A DNA stretch of 64,000 nucleotides from Gemmatimonadales bacterium (GTDB lineage Bacteria > Gemmatimonadota > Gemmatimonadetes > Gemmatimonadales > GWC2-71-9): the NCBI GenBank assembly GCA_036555485.1, contig DATBLG010000004.1, positions 2,090-66,089 on the forward strand, given 5' to 3'. This document shows, in pieces, positions 43,034 through 52,387 of this stretch. The notes under the pieces were generated by a model, which saw only the letters and a program-made list of their open reading frames with translations, was not told the DNA's origin and did no database searches. The translations under genes were made by a program, and so were the position numbers. Position 1 is the first letter of the stretch. Every line of letters starts with the position of its first letter.

Positions 43034-46000
43034 TCACGGCGCGAAGTTGACGACGGTGAACCGACCCACTTTGGACTTCCCGTCCGGGGTTTCGACGTGA
43101 TAGAAGTACACGCCGCTCGCCACGAACTGGTTGTTCCGGTTGCGGACGTTCCACGTCAACGCACTGCCACCGGTTGGGTCGTTGTGCGTGAGCACGTTGA
43201 CCAGGATCCCACTCACCGAGTAAATGCGGACGATCGCCCGCGCCGGCAGGTTGACGAACTTCAGGATCTTGGTGTTGGCCGTGGCCTCGAGCGCATTGGT
43301 CACGTAGTACGGATCCGGCACCGTATGGACGCGCTCCAGATTCGCGGCGGTGACGCTGGTCGGATCGAACGTGGAACCGGTGTATTGGATCGTGGCTCGC
43401 AGCCCCGGCACCGCCGGCGGCCGGATGTCCGGCGTGAAGGCGAAATCACCGCCTGCCGCCGTGCCCGTGATCACGCCCGAGTAGAAGCGGGCAAACCACA
43501 CCGTCCCCGCCGCTGGGAGCGCGGCCATCTGCATCAGGAAGAAATGCCCGTTCAGATAGAAGATGAATCCGTTGCCGCCAGCCACGTAGGCGGGATCTGC
43601 CGTTCCTGCATAGGTGGCGGACCGTCCAGCCACGATGGGTGACAGCGTCGCACGGTTCATGAACACGGCCGAGCTCTGCGCCGCCCCACCGCAGCGGGGC
43701 AGGTAGGTATGCACCGGAGCAACGCAGAAGATGTCCGACCAGGTGAGCTTCGAGTTGTTCCCGTCCTGGGTCGTCGCGGCGTTCGTGCCGCCCAGGATAA
43801 ACGACGAGTCGTTCAGGATTCCCCAGGAAGCGCGGAGCTTGGTGCTGAACGGCACCGGCACCTTGTGGGTGAGATCGACCACTGAGTCGATGGCGCCGTT
43901 CGCCCCCCACACCACCTTGATGTCCGCGGCGCGGAACACCGTGGAGGTGATCGCCTCTATGTCCCGTCCCGGCACGTTGGGCGTGTTCAGATAGGACGCC
44001 GGGTGGAAGATAGTATCCACGCCGGGGAGCGCGCCCGCGGTGCGGCTCAGATCGGACAGCACGCAGGCCCCGTTCGAGGGGACGCAGCCCGTCCCATTTG
44101 GATCGGGGGTGTTTTCGTTGGCCGTCCCGGCCCACCAGCGCGGTCCGTTGACAGCGGAATTGGCCGGCGCGGCATTGGCGTCACCGCGACCCTGCCCGGT
44201 GGTGTGCCATGTCCCGGACAGGCTGACCGTGGTGCTCCCGAACAACGCGTACGAGGCGTCGCCGCCGAAACGGGCCGACTGCGTCTGGTCGATGTTGGTC
44301 GCCGGGAAGCTCACCGTCGCCTCGGTCAGGCCGTCAAACGCGTCCTGGTGCACCGGGAACACCAGCGTATCCACCGCCGGCCCGGAGCCCTGGGCGCGAG
44401 CATAGTAGATCGGATCGATGCCGCCGATCAACACCGAGCCCGGCAGGATCGAATCGATCGTCAGGCTCACCTGACCGCTCGCGCCCAAGAGCTCAGGCAG
44501 GAAGTTGGCGAGCCCAAGCTCCAAACCGTCAGCCGGCGGGAACGGGCCGGAGAAGATGCCCGTCGCGGCGTCGATGCTCGGTTGCGTACCCGTGAGCACC
44601 GAGCCGTCGGCGCCCAGCAGCTGGACGGAGCTCAGTGTGCCGCTCACCGTCTGCCCGGAGGAGGTCTGCGGCGCGACGGTCTTGGGGATGCGCGCCGACT
44701 CGATCGCCGACGGCCCCGACTTGAGCGAATTCACGTCGAACGCCGTGACCGCGTAAAAGTAGTTGAAATTGTTGCGCACGCTGCGATCGACGAACGAGAA
44801 CGACACGCCACTGTTGGTCAGCGCCGGGTTCCCGCTCGCCCCGCCCGTGACGGCGGTGTCGGCCGACAGTACCAGCACGCTCGAATCAGCGAGCGCCACA
44901 CGGCCGCCGATGGGCACCTGGATCACACTGCCCACGAGATCGTGCTCGATACCCCCAACTGACGGGAAGTTGTCGGGGCAGTCCTGCTGGATACCCAGCT
45001 CCGGCGCGCACTGGCTGATGCCGTTGCCGTCTTCATCCACCTGGTAGGCGAAGGAACCCGTGAAGTCGACGAGCGAGGTCCCGGCGTAGTCGAACTGGGC
45101 AATGAGCCGCAGGTCGCCGGTGGTGCGGCCGCGATAGATGCGGTAACCCTCGACGTCGTACTGCCGGAAGTTCGGATCGTACAGCACCGACGTCGGATCC
45201 GACGCGACCGCGAAGAACGGGTCGCCGCCACCGGGCTGCACCGTTTCCGACGCGGACTTCTGCCACACGATCGTCACCTGATTGTCGCCCGGGATCAGGA
45301 AGAAGGGCGGCGCATCCGGCGAGAACGGCAGCAGGAACTTGTTGTCGTACACGGCCTGGGCCACCAGCGCCTTGTTAAGCAGTGAGCGCGGCAGGGTGAC
45401 CACCTCGTCCTGCGTGATGGCGAAGTTGGTGTCGCGATCCTGCTGCGTCACCCACCCCATCGCCCGCTCGATCGGCCGCACTTTGGTCGTGTCGAGCCCC
45501 AGCTCGCTCGAGTTGGCGGGGATATCCGGCTTGAAGTCGCCGCCGATCTGCGAGACGACCACCGCCGTGGGGGCGGCGAAGATGTAGGCCACCACGATGC
45601 TCTGCGACTGGCCCGGGGCGAGCGTCAGCGGTCCGGACGACTGGAAGAACCGCGCGTCGGCGAAGTTCTGGGCCAGGAAGCAGAACTTCCGGGTCAGCTG
45701 CTGCCCCTGGAAGTTGCAGGGGTTGTCGCCGGCGGCCGGATCGGAGGTGCCCGAGATGTAGCGGAACAGCTGGATGACGCCCACCGGATCGGGGTAGCCC
45801 GTCCCGGCGTTCAGGGTGTTGGAGAAGATCGTGAGTCCGACGGGGTTGCCGAGATTATCGAGGGGGGATTTCAGGTACTTCACCCCGATAAAGCCCGGCG
45901 ACGGAACGAACGGCGCCCCGAAGATCTCGGCCGGGAACAACCACGACGGCTCGAGGAAGTCGGACTTGTAGGTGATGCCCATGCTGAACGGCAGCACCGC

Positions 46001-46873
46001 CGTCGCGTAGTTGTGGCTCGCGTCACCGACGTCCATGTCGGCGAAGAACGCGGCGTAGGTGTTTTCGAGGGTATACCCGCCGTCGGGGATGTCGAGCCCG
46101 AAGCGGGCTTCGTTGCGGTCTTGGAAGTTGGCGCCGATCGCGGCGATCTCACCGGCGATCGCGGGGTCCAGACCGGCGTACACGGCCGCGTTCCGCGCGG
46201 TCACGTTATAGAACGTGTACACGAAATAGACGATGTCTTCGTTCCCGGTCGGGAAGTTCCAGGCCATGCCGCGCTCTTCGACCAGGATGCCCATCGGATG
46301 GGTCCGGCCCGAGAGGAAGGCGGGGTTGCCTTCCCAGGTGCGCACCCACAGGTCCTGCTGGGAGATGAAATCCCGGTTCAAGAGCACCGAGCTGTAGAGC
46401 GACGAATCCCGCACCTTCGCCCCATTGGGCCAGGCGGCCGCGTCGCCCAGATCGAGTGAGTTGAACACCAGCGTCACCGGGTCGCCCTGGGCCTGCGTAC
46501 CGCGCGGGTCCATGAAGTACGCGCCGACGGTGTCGCCCGCCCACGCGAACCCGGCGGTCGCCGGAATCGTCCCGGCCAGCTGCAGCCCGGAGTTGAAGAC
46601 GTACTGATCGGGGCTGCCCTTGGGCCAGAAGCCGCCGCCCACGACCGGTGAGTTGGTCGGGTCGACGCACACTTCCCCGATGTTGTTGATGCCGCAGAAG
46701 ACGCGGTTCACGTTCATGACGCCGAACGTGAGCGCGAACAGGTTGAGACCGGACCGCTTGGCCGGACGGCCGGGCGCCGGCTTGGCCGACGCCGGTGCCA
46801 CCTCGACCAGGGCGACGAGCATCGCTGTCGCCACGGCGGCCCGGACTGCGCGAGTAAACCAGGTTGAACGCAT
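43034..46873 (-). CDS. 1279-aa secreted protein with a T9SS C-terminal sorting domain (FlgD-Ig-like type A CTD); body of unknown function
   Basis: Signal peptide ..APASA|KP. The C-terminus VPDPYYVTN..KILKFVNLPARAIVRIYSVSGILVNVLTHND..WNVRNRNNQFVASGVYFYHVETPDGKSKVGRFTVVN fits the CTD pattern. There is an internal FN3-like YDVEGYRIYRGR. Confidence 0.7.
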   Translation of the reverse strand: MRSTWFTRAVRAAVATAMLVALVEVAPASAKPAPGRPAKRSGLNLFALTFGVMNVNRVFCGINNIGEVCVDPTNSPVVGGGFWPKGSPDQYVFNSGLQLAGTIPATAGFAWAGDTVGAYFMDPRGTQAQGDPVTLVFNSLDLGDAAAWPNGAKVRDSSLYSSVLLNRDFISQQDLWVRTWEGNPAFLSGRTHPMGILVEERGMAWNFPTGNEDIVYFVYTFYNVTARNAAVYAGLDPAIAGEIAAIGANFQDRNEARFGLDIPDGGYTLENTYAAFFADMDVGDASHNYATAVLPFSMGITYKSDFLEPSWLFPAEIFGAPFVPSPGFIGVKYLKSPLDNLGNPVGLTIFSNTLNAGTGYPDPVGVIQLFRYISGTSDPAAGDNPCNFQGQQLTRKFCFLAQNFADARFFQSSGPLTLAPGQSQSIVVAYIFAAPTAVVVSQIGGDFKPDIPANSSELGLDTTKVRPIERAMGWVTQQDRDTNFAITQDEVVTLPRSLLNKALVAQAVYDNKFLLPFSPDAPPFFLIPGDNQVTIVWQKSASETVQPGGGDPFFAVASDPTSVLYDPNFRQYDVEGYRIYRGRTTGDLRLIAQFDYAGTSLVDFTGSFAYQVDEDGNGISQCAPELGIQQDCPDNFPSVGGIEHDLVGSVIQVPIGGRVALADSSVLVLSADTAVTGGASGNPALTNSGVSFSFVDRSVRNNFNYFYAVTAFDVNSLKSGPSAIESARIPKTVAPQTSSGQTVSGTLSSVQLLGADGSVLTGTQPSIDAATGIFSGPFPPADGLELGLANFLPELLGASGQVSLTIDSILPGSVLIGGIDPIYYARAQGSGPAVDTLVFPVHQDAFDGLTEATVSFPATNIDQTQSARFGGDASYALFGSTTVSLSGTWHTTGQGRGDANAAPANSAVNGPRWWAGTANENTPDPNGTGCVPSNGACVLSDLSRTAGALPGVDTIFHPASYLNTPNVPGRDIEAITSTVFRAADIKVVWGANGAIDSVVDLTHKVPVPFSTKLRASWGILNDSSFILGGTNAATTQDGNNSKLTWSDIFCVAPVHTYLPRCGGAAQSSAVFMNRATLSPIVAGRSATYAGTADPAYVAGGNGFIFYLNGHFFLMQMAALPAAGTVWFARFYSGVITGTAAGGDFAFTPDIRPPAVPGLRATIQYTGSTFDPTSVTAANLERVHTVPDPYYVTNALEATANTKILKFVNLPARAIVRIYSVSGILVNVLTHNDPTGGSALTWNVRNRNNQFVASGVYFYHVETPDGKSKVGRFTVVNFAP

Positions 46874-46902
46874 ATCGTTTCCCTCTCGGGTCTAGAGCCG
46901 GA

Positions 46903-46932
46903 GGAGCGGCGCCCGTCGCCGGGCGCCGCTCC
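46903..46932 (-). other. Intercistronic GC hairpin between the TonB-dependent transporter and the T9SS cargo gene
   Basis: GGAGCGGCGCCC-GTCGCC-GGGCGCCGCTCC (12-bp stem) with no U-tract. The role (attenuator or processing/stability element) is unknown. Confidence 0.5.
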
Positions 46933-46946
46933 GCATTACACGGGCG

Positions 46947-49900
46947 TCAGAAGTTCAACTCGAAGCCGACGCGGATGTGGCGCGGCTGGCCGTACATGGT
47001 CTGGACGCCGTTGAACAGGTCGTAGAAGGCGTTCAACGCCGTCGTCTGTTCGGCCAGCGTATACACGCCGTCGCCATCGCCGAACCGCGCCTCGGTGCGG
47101 CGCAACATCACGCAATTCACCGGGCCGGCATCGGTGGCCGTCCACGTGGTGCAGGACGGGCGCAGGTCGACCGAGCCGTTGGCGAGGAGATAGCCTTCCT
47201 CGTCGGCCTCGTTTGCCAGGTCCGCGAATTCGGAGCTGAGGGTGTTGGTGCGATGCAGCGCGTTTACGATGTCGTCCGTTTCCACGAACAACTGCGCCAC
47301 ATTCTTGAAGTTCAGGGCGTTGCGCAGGTCGGCGAACGCCGTGATATCGGCGCGACCCACCCGCAGGCCCTTGTTGAACCGCAGGTCGAAGAACTTGGTC
47401 CACGGCATCGTGGACGAATTGATCGGCTCCACCTGCGTGGAGATGAGGCCGAACCCGAGGCGCGGCGCCGTATTGCCCTGGCCGGCGTTACGCAGCCGGG
47501 TGTACGGCAGCCCGCTGACCGCCCGGAACGTCGCGAACACGCCGACGTTGCGGAGAATCGCGCCCATGGTCGTGCCTTGCTGCCAGTCACCGGGGACGCT
47601 GAGCGAGGCGGTGCCCACGAAATTGTGGGTCCGGTTGTCGTCCGTCGGGAGCGGCTGCTCCGGCGGCGGCAGACGATCGCCGGTCACCTGCGAGATCTGG
47701 CGACCCGACGTGTTGATGTAGGCGAACGGATCCGACCCGGTGCTGCGGGCCACCTGGAACGTGTAACCGCCGGACACGCTCATCCAGTTGCCGACCCGCT
47801 TGTCGAGCTTCAGGTCGATGCCGCGGGCGTAGCCGAAGTCGGCGGTCGTGAGCACGTTGACGTTCACTACGTCACCAACCACGGCCGGATCAGCGTACCC
47901 TTTGATGCGGTACGTCAGGTCCGAAACCTTGTCCTTGTTGTACGCCGAGATGTCGAGCACCAAGTCCGGACCAAACGCGTGCCGGACGCCGAACTCGAAC
48001 TGCACCGTCTTCCCGAACCCGACGTCGCGTCCAAACGCGTCGTTGGTGTTCGTGAACGACAGATCGTTGTTCGAGCCCGAAAGCAAGGTGAGGAAGTCGG
48101 GCGTCTGCACCTGGTGCGCGTACGACATACGGAAGTCGGTCCGTTCCGTGATCGGGAACGACACCCGCAGCCGCGGCGAGAGCGTGCTGTGCGCCTCGGC
48201 GGGCGTGAAGACGGCCGCCACCGACGCCGCATAGGCGGCATCGTTCGTCGCCGCTGCGCTCTGCCACGCCGGATTCGTGAAGATGCGGCCCGGGGTGTTG
48301 GAGAACAACGCCTTCGAGTCCATGTAGTCGTAGCGGATACCAAGCTCGAGCACGACGTCGCCCAGGTCCAGCCGGTCCGCGCCCCACACCGCGTACGTCA
48401 CCGGGTTCACGACGAACGCGTCCATGGCGAACTGGGTGATGAAGCTCGACGCCCAGAAGTTGATGTCGGTCTTCTTGTATTCGCCGCCGAAATTGAAGCG
48501 GTGGAACCGGTTCGCCTGCCAGTCCGCCTGGGCGAACACCCGATAGCGGTTCTCGGCGTTGAGCTGCGAGCGCGCCGGATTGAACCCTTGCGTGGTCCAG
48601 CCGCCGCGCAGCATCCCGTAGGGATTCATGCGGTACGGCTGGGCGTTGCTCAGGTCGGTGCGGTCCAACAGCGGAGTCCGCAGACCGGTGTTGGTGCGGA
48701 TGTTCCGAATGATCTGGTCCGTAATCGGGAACGGCATCGGCCCGAACCCGGCGAAATTGAGCGTCGAGAACTCGATCCCCATGGTGGGATCGCGCGTGCC
48801 GACTTCGGACGCTGGATCGAGCGGCCCGACGATACCACGCTCCTGGCCCCAGCTCAGGTTCACGTTCAGCGCGAGCCCGGACTCGGCTCCCTTGAAGAAC
48901 GAATGGTTCAGGTTGAGCACCGCGAGGCGCTGCCAGTTGTGGAAGCCGCGGAACAGCGCCGGGTCGCCGATCAACGTGCCCGGCCAGGTGCGGCCCTGCT
49001 GCCCGCTCGCAATCCCGGTGAGCCCGATGCTCGACCCGCTCCCGTAGGAGTAGGCCAGCTTGCCGGACGTCTGGATCGAGCTGTTCCAGTTCATCGGGCG
49101 GCGGCGGCCCTGGCACTCGAAGCCGAAGTTGGCCGACGCGTCGCACTCCCCGGCGAACTGCACGAACCGGGGAATCTCCACCGACTGCGTGCCGCTACCC
49201 GACGGCACCGACACCGTGGTGTCGGTCCCGCCCATCAGATAGGAGGGCACCTTCTCCGCTCCGAAGCCGAGGAATGCCGCCTCCTGCCCCTGCACCACGG
49301 CCGACACGAAGAAGCGCAGGTTGCTCACGATCGGGATCGGTCCGCCGAGCGCGCCCTCGAAGCGGTTGTACCCGACGCTGATCGCGTCGCCGAACGGCTC
49401 GTCGCTCGTGTAGTTCAAGCTGCCCGCCAGCCGCTCACCACCAGTCCGTGTGGTGTAGGAGATGATGCCCGACTGCGCGTCGCCGAAATCAACGCCGATC
49501 GCGCCCGTCGTCACCGACGCCTCTTCCACCGCGTTGGTGCCGACCGTAATCGACTGACTGCCGAGACTGGCGCTGCGCACCGGTGCACCGTCGATGTAGA
49601 CGTTCGCCTCACCCGGCCGGCCGCCGCGGATCACGAGACCGTTGCCCGAACCGGACTCGACCACGCCTGGCTGTACCGAGATCATGTTGCGCACGTCGTC
49701 GATCGGCAGGTTGTTGATGTCCGACCCCGCGATGATCGATTTCGACGTCACCTGGTCGCGCGGCACGATCGGGTTCGAGGCGGTCACGCTGATGGTGCCG
49801 ACCTGAATGGCCGACGGCGTCAGTTTCACGTTCACCGTGATCGTCTGACCGCCGAACACGCGCGTGTCACGCTGCTCCGACGGCGCATAGCCGATGAACT

Positions 49901-50162
49901 GCGCCCGGATCGTATAGCTGCCGACCGGCACGTTATTGATGAAGAAGTAGCCCCGGTCGTTCGTGACCGCGCCAAACGAGGTCCCGACGACGAACACCTG
50001 GGCATTCGCAAGCGGCACACCCGCTTGATCCGTCACCGTACCCTCGAGTTTCCCCGCGGTTTGCTGCGCCGCTGCCGGCGCGACCGCCAGGAACCCGGCG
50101 ATCACGAGCATGACGCTCAGCGCGAGGAAGCGACCGAAGGCGCTTCGCACACGATAAGTCAT
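46947..50162 (-). CDS. TonB-dependent transporter with a CarboxypepD_reg domain (Oar/SusC-like)
   Basis: Signal peptide ..APAAA|QQ, KLEGTVTDQAGVPLANAQVFVVGTSFGAVTNDRGYFFINNVPVGSYTIRAQFIGY, plug motifs (LPIDDVRNMISVQPGV, GLVIRGGRPGEANVYIDGAPV) and a terminal ..VGFELNF. ATG at 50162 with a GGGAGGAA RBS. Confidence 0.8.
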   Translation of the reverse strand: MTYRVRSAFGRFLALSVMLVIAGFLAVAPAAAQQTAGKLEGTVTDQAGVPLANAQVFVVGTSFGAVTNDRGYFFINNVPVGSYTIRAQFIGYAPSEQRDTRVFGGQTITVNVKLTPSAIQVGTISVTASNPIVPRDQVTSKSIIAGSDINNLPIDDVRNMISVQPGVVESGSGNGLVIRGGRPGEANVYIDGAPVRSASLGSQSITVGTNAVEEASVTTGAIGVDFGDAQSGIISYTTRTGGERLAGSLNYTSDEPFGDAISVGYNRFEGALGGPIPIVSNLRFFVSAVVQGQEAAFLGFGAEKVPSYLMGGTDTTVSVPSGSGTQSVEIPRFVQFAGECDASANFGFECQGRRRPMNWNSSIQTSGKLAYSYGSGSSIGLTGIASGQQGRTWPGTLIGDPALFRGFHNWQRLAVLNLNHSFFKGAESGLALNVNLSWGQERGIVGPLDPASEVGTRDPTMGIEFSTLNFAGFGPMPFPITDQIIRNIRTNTGLRTPLLDRTDLSNAQPYRMNPYGMLRGGWTTQGFNPARSQLNAENRYRVFAQADWQANRFHRFNFGGEYKKTDINFWASSFITQFAMDAFVVNPVTYAVWGADRLDLGDVVLELGIRYDYMDSKALFSNTPGRIFTNPAWQSAAATNDAAYAASVAAVFTPAEAHSTLSPRLRVSFPITERTDFRMSYAHQVQTPDFLTLLSGSNNDLSFTNTNDAFGRDVGFGKTVQFEFGVRHAFGPDLVLDISAYNKDKVSDLTYRIKGYADPAVVGDVVNVNVLTTADFGYARGIDLKLDKRVGNWMSVSGGYTFQVARSTGSDPFAYINTSGRQISQVTGDRLPPPEQPLPTDDNRTHNFVGTASLSVPGDWQQGTTMGAILRNVGVFATFRAVSGLPYTRLRNAGQGNTAPRLGFGLISTQVEPINSSTMPWTKFFDLRFNKGLRVGRADITAFADLRNALNFKNVAQLFVETDDIVNALHRTNTLSSEFADLANEADEEGYLLANGSVDLRPSCTTWTATDAGPVNCVMLRRTEARFGDGDGVYTLAEQTTALNAFYDLFNGVQTMYGQPRHIRVGFELNF

Positions 50163-50476
50163 GGACAGTTCCTCCCAAGACGAGAATGCGAGTGGACTAC
50201 CGGACAAAAAACAGTTGGCGACACGTCACCTCCCTCCGGGTGAGTGTTTCCGTGGAGACGGCTGCGGAACTTCATTAAACCAATACTGCCGCGCGTTCCG
50301 AGGGACTGTCAAGGAAGCAGAAATCGCCCATGTCCCCCAGAGTGGACATCAATTCGCCGGGCGATAATGCGCCCCAAACAGTCACCCCGCAAGGCCCCCC
50401 GATTCCGGTGCGCCGCTGAACCAGTCGCGGATTCCGGTCGCCGTCTTCCTCTACTATAAGGAGGATTCGATTCGGC

Positions 50477-51655
50477 TCACACGAGGAACAGGTCCCGTTG
50501 CGGGGCCGCCGGCGTCACCTCCGGGCCCGATTCCGCCAGATACACGTTGATCTCACTGCGCACGCCGTAACGCCCTGGGAAGTACACCCCCGGCTCCACG
50601 GAAAACCCGATGCCGGGTTGCAGTTGCCGGGTGTCAGCGGTTTCGAAATTGTCGAGATGGGGACCGGAGCCGTGCAGGTCCCGGTCGATCGAGTGGCCGG
50701 TGCGATGCACGAAGAACTCACCGTACCCCGCCGCCTGAATCACGCCGCGCGCGGCATCGTCGAGCTGCGCTCCGGTGACCGCCCGAGCGCCCCACTGCTC
50801 GACCAGCCGCGCCACCGCCGCGTCGCGCGCCTCCCGGACCACGTTCCACACGCGTGTCACTTCCCCCGGGGGCTCGGCGCCAGCAAACGCCATCCATGTC
50901 TGATCGGCGAACACGGTCCCGGGCGCCGGGCCCGCCCACAGATCGAGCAGCAACACCTCGTTCGGTGCGAGACGGCGATCCGCCCCTTCACCCGGCTCGT
51001 AATGGGGATTGGCGGCATTCTCCGCGAACGCGGCAAGCGGCGGATGGTCGGTGACCAGGCCGGCGCGCACGAACGCCTCGAGCACGCGACGCTGTACCGT
51101 GGTCTCACGCACTTCCTCGCCCCGGGCGAGCGCGCCGCCGGCCCAGGTCAGCGCCTCGCGCGCGATCTGGGCCAGCGCTTCCGCCGCGCGGCGGTGTCCC
51201 TCGAGCTCGCCCGAGGACCAGCGCGCCGCGAAGCGGGTCACGAGCGGCGCCGACGACACCACCCGCGCCCCGAACGACTCCAGCAGCTGGACCACGCCAT
51301 GCGGCACGCGATCGAGGTAGGGAACGCCATCCAGTGGCGACACCTCCATTGCGAGGGTCTTGCCGGCGACCAGCGGCTCGAGCAGTGCATGCAGCTCGCG
51401 CCATGCCGAGTAGGGGTGGACCGTGCCGGGGAAGCCGTCGAACGCCTGCAGCTCGATCCGGTGCGCCACGGCCACTGGCGGGCCAGACCGCGGCAGCACC
51501 ACGAAGTAGCGCCGGGTGCTCATTCCATGCACGTCGAGCACCCGCCTGGCGATCGGATTCACGCCGCGGAAGTCGAACAACAGCCAGGCGTCGGCGCCCA
51601 ACTCCTCAAGGGTCGCCGTGAGCGCGGCGAAATCGAAACCGGACAGGGGGGGCAT
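50477..51655 (-). CDS. M24-family metallopeptidase (Xaa-Pro aminopeptidase-like)
   Basis: HRTGHSID, GFSVEPGVY and SEINV motifs. The ATG at 51655 shares 1 nt with the upstream stop (TGATG). Confidence 0.8.
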   Translation of the reverse strand: MPPLSGFDFAALTATLEELGADAWLLFDFRGVNPIARRVLDVHGMSTRRYFVVLPRSGPPVAVAHRIELQAFDGFPGTVHPYSAWRELHALLEPLVAGKTLAMEVSPLDGVPYLDRVPHGVVQLLESFGARVVSSAPLVTRFAARWSSGELEGHRRAAEALAQIAREALTWAGGALARGEEVRETTVQRRVLEAFVRAGLVTDHPPLAAFAENAANPHYEPGEGADRRLAPNEVLLLDLWAGPAPGTVFADQTWMAFAGAEPPGEVTRVWNVVREARDAAVARLVEQWGARAVTGAQLDDAARGVIQAAGYGEFFVHRTGHSIDRDLHGSGPHLDNFETADTRQLQPGIGFSVEPGVYFPGRYGVRSEINVYLAESGPEVTPAAPQRDLFLV

Positions 51656-52260
51656 CAGTGGTGCCTCGGATCGGGTGTAGCCGCGCGCCACTCGCAGCGG
51701 TCGACGCCGCCGCTGCGGCACGCGGTGTGGAGCATCGCGCTCTCGAAGCCCATCAGGAGGCGCAGCAGCTCGGCGAACGCCGCGGAGTACAGGACGCAGG
51801 CCGCGCCATCGGGGGTCGCGCGGATCGCGAGCGCATCGCGCACGCGGGCCACCGGCAGCCGTCCTTCGCGGCCCAGCTCACCGCCCAGCACCACCCGGGC
51901 GGCGCGCCGGGCGGCGGCGTACCCGAGACTGTTGGGCGCCAGCCAGGCCAAGAGCCGCGCGCCGATGAACGCCCGACGCACCGCGCGGCGCGCCGCGCGC
52001 CGACCCGCATCGGCGAACACGAGGTCGGCGTCCGGCCGCCGGCCCACCAGTCGCAACAACGCTTCGACGTGCGCCGGTGCCACGCGCGCGTCGCGGCGCA
52101 CCAGCGCCTCGTATTCGGCGAGCTGCGTCTGCACGGTCGCCGAGAGGCCGAAGCGCTTGATGAGAAGCTCGTCGGCGAACTCGCCCAACCCGTCCTCGAC
52201 GGGGGTGTCGAGATTGCGGATGGCCTCGAGCACCGCGAGCGGTAGGATGCTGTGAATCAC
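51655..52260 (-). CDS. Hypothetical protein with a V4R-like C-terminus
   Basis: 201-aa ORF with GC3-rich codon usage. The C-terminal ...HTACRSGGVDRCEW resembles the C-x(7)-C motif of V4R domains. This is a weak assignment. Confidence 0.4.
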   Translation of the reverse strand: MIHSILPLAVLEAIRNLDTPVEDGLGEFADELLIKRFGLSATVQTQLAEYEALVRRDARVAPAHVEALLRLVGRRPDADLVFADAGRRAARRAVRRAFIGARLLAWLAPNSLGYAAARRAARVVLGGELGREGRLPVARVRDALAIRATPDGAACVLYSAAFAELLRLLMGFESAMLHTACRSGGVDRCEWRAATPDPRHH

Positions 52261-52276
52261 GACGCGCGTAACCTAG

Positions 52277-52336
52277 CGCCGTTCCAACCGACCGCGCCAG
52301 GCAACGCACGATCGCGGACTGACGGTTGGAACGGCG
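52277..52336. promoter_or_regulatory. 14-bp perfect inverted repeat in a divergent promoter region
   Basis: CGCCGTTCCAACCG (52277-90) and CGGTTGGAACGGCG (52323-36), separated by 32 nt. It lies 52 nt upstream of the ECF sigma ATG, and the right arm contains GGAAC. Confidence 0.4.
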
Positions 52337-52387
52337 TGGGCACCCCATTGCGGAACCCGGGAGCGGGCGGCACCCTTAGCCTCGTCC

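Noticed and set aside
46977-50243. Very long plus-strand ORF (1088 aa) and similar ones at 400..1452, 1528..2631, 9663..11201, 16011..18458, 28055..29920, 36896..38455 and 53934..55643
   Set aside because: They lie antisense to, or out of frame with, genes that have clear family signatures. Their translations are low-complexity Arg/Gly/Pro/His/Asp strings typical of stop-poor frames in high-GC DNA. Only the last 161 codons of 53934..55643 are real (the flavin reductase).
50283-50312. Sigma-70-like promoter on the minus strand (TTGACA-N18-CAGTAT) about 120-150 nt upstream of the TonB-transporter operon
   Set aside because: The -10 match is only 3 of 6 and the spacing is suboptimal. Promoter consensus for this lineage is unknown to me. 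I kept it as a note, not a feature.
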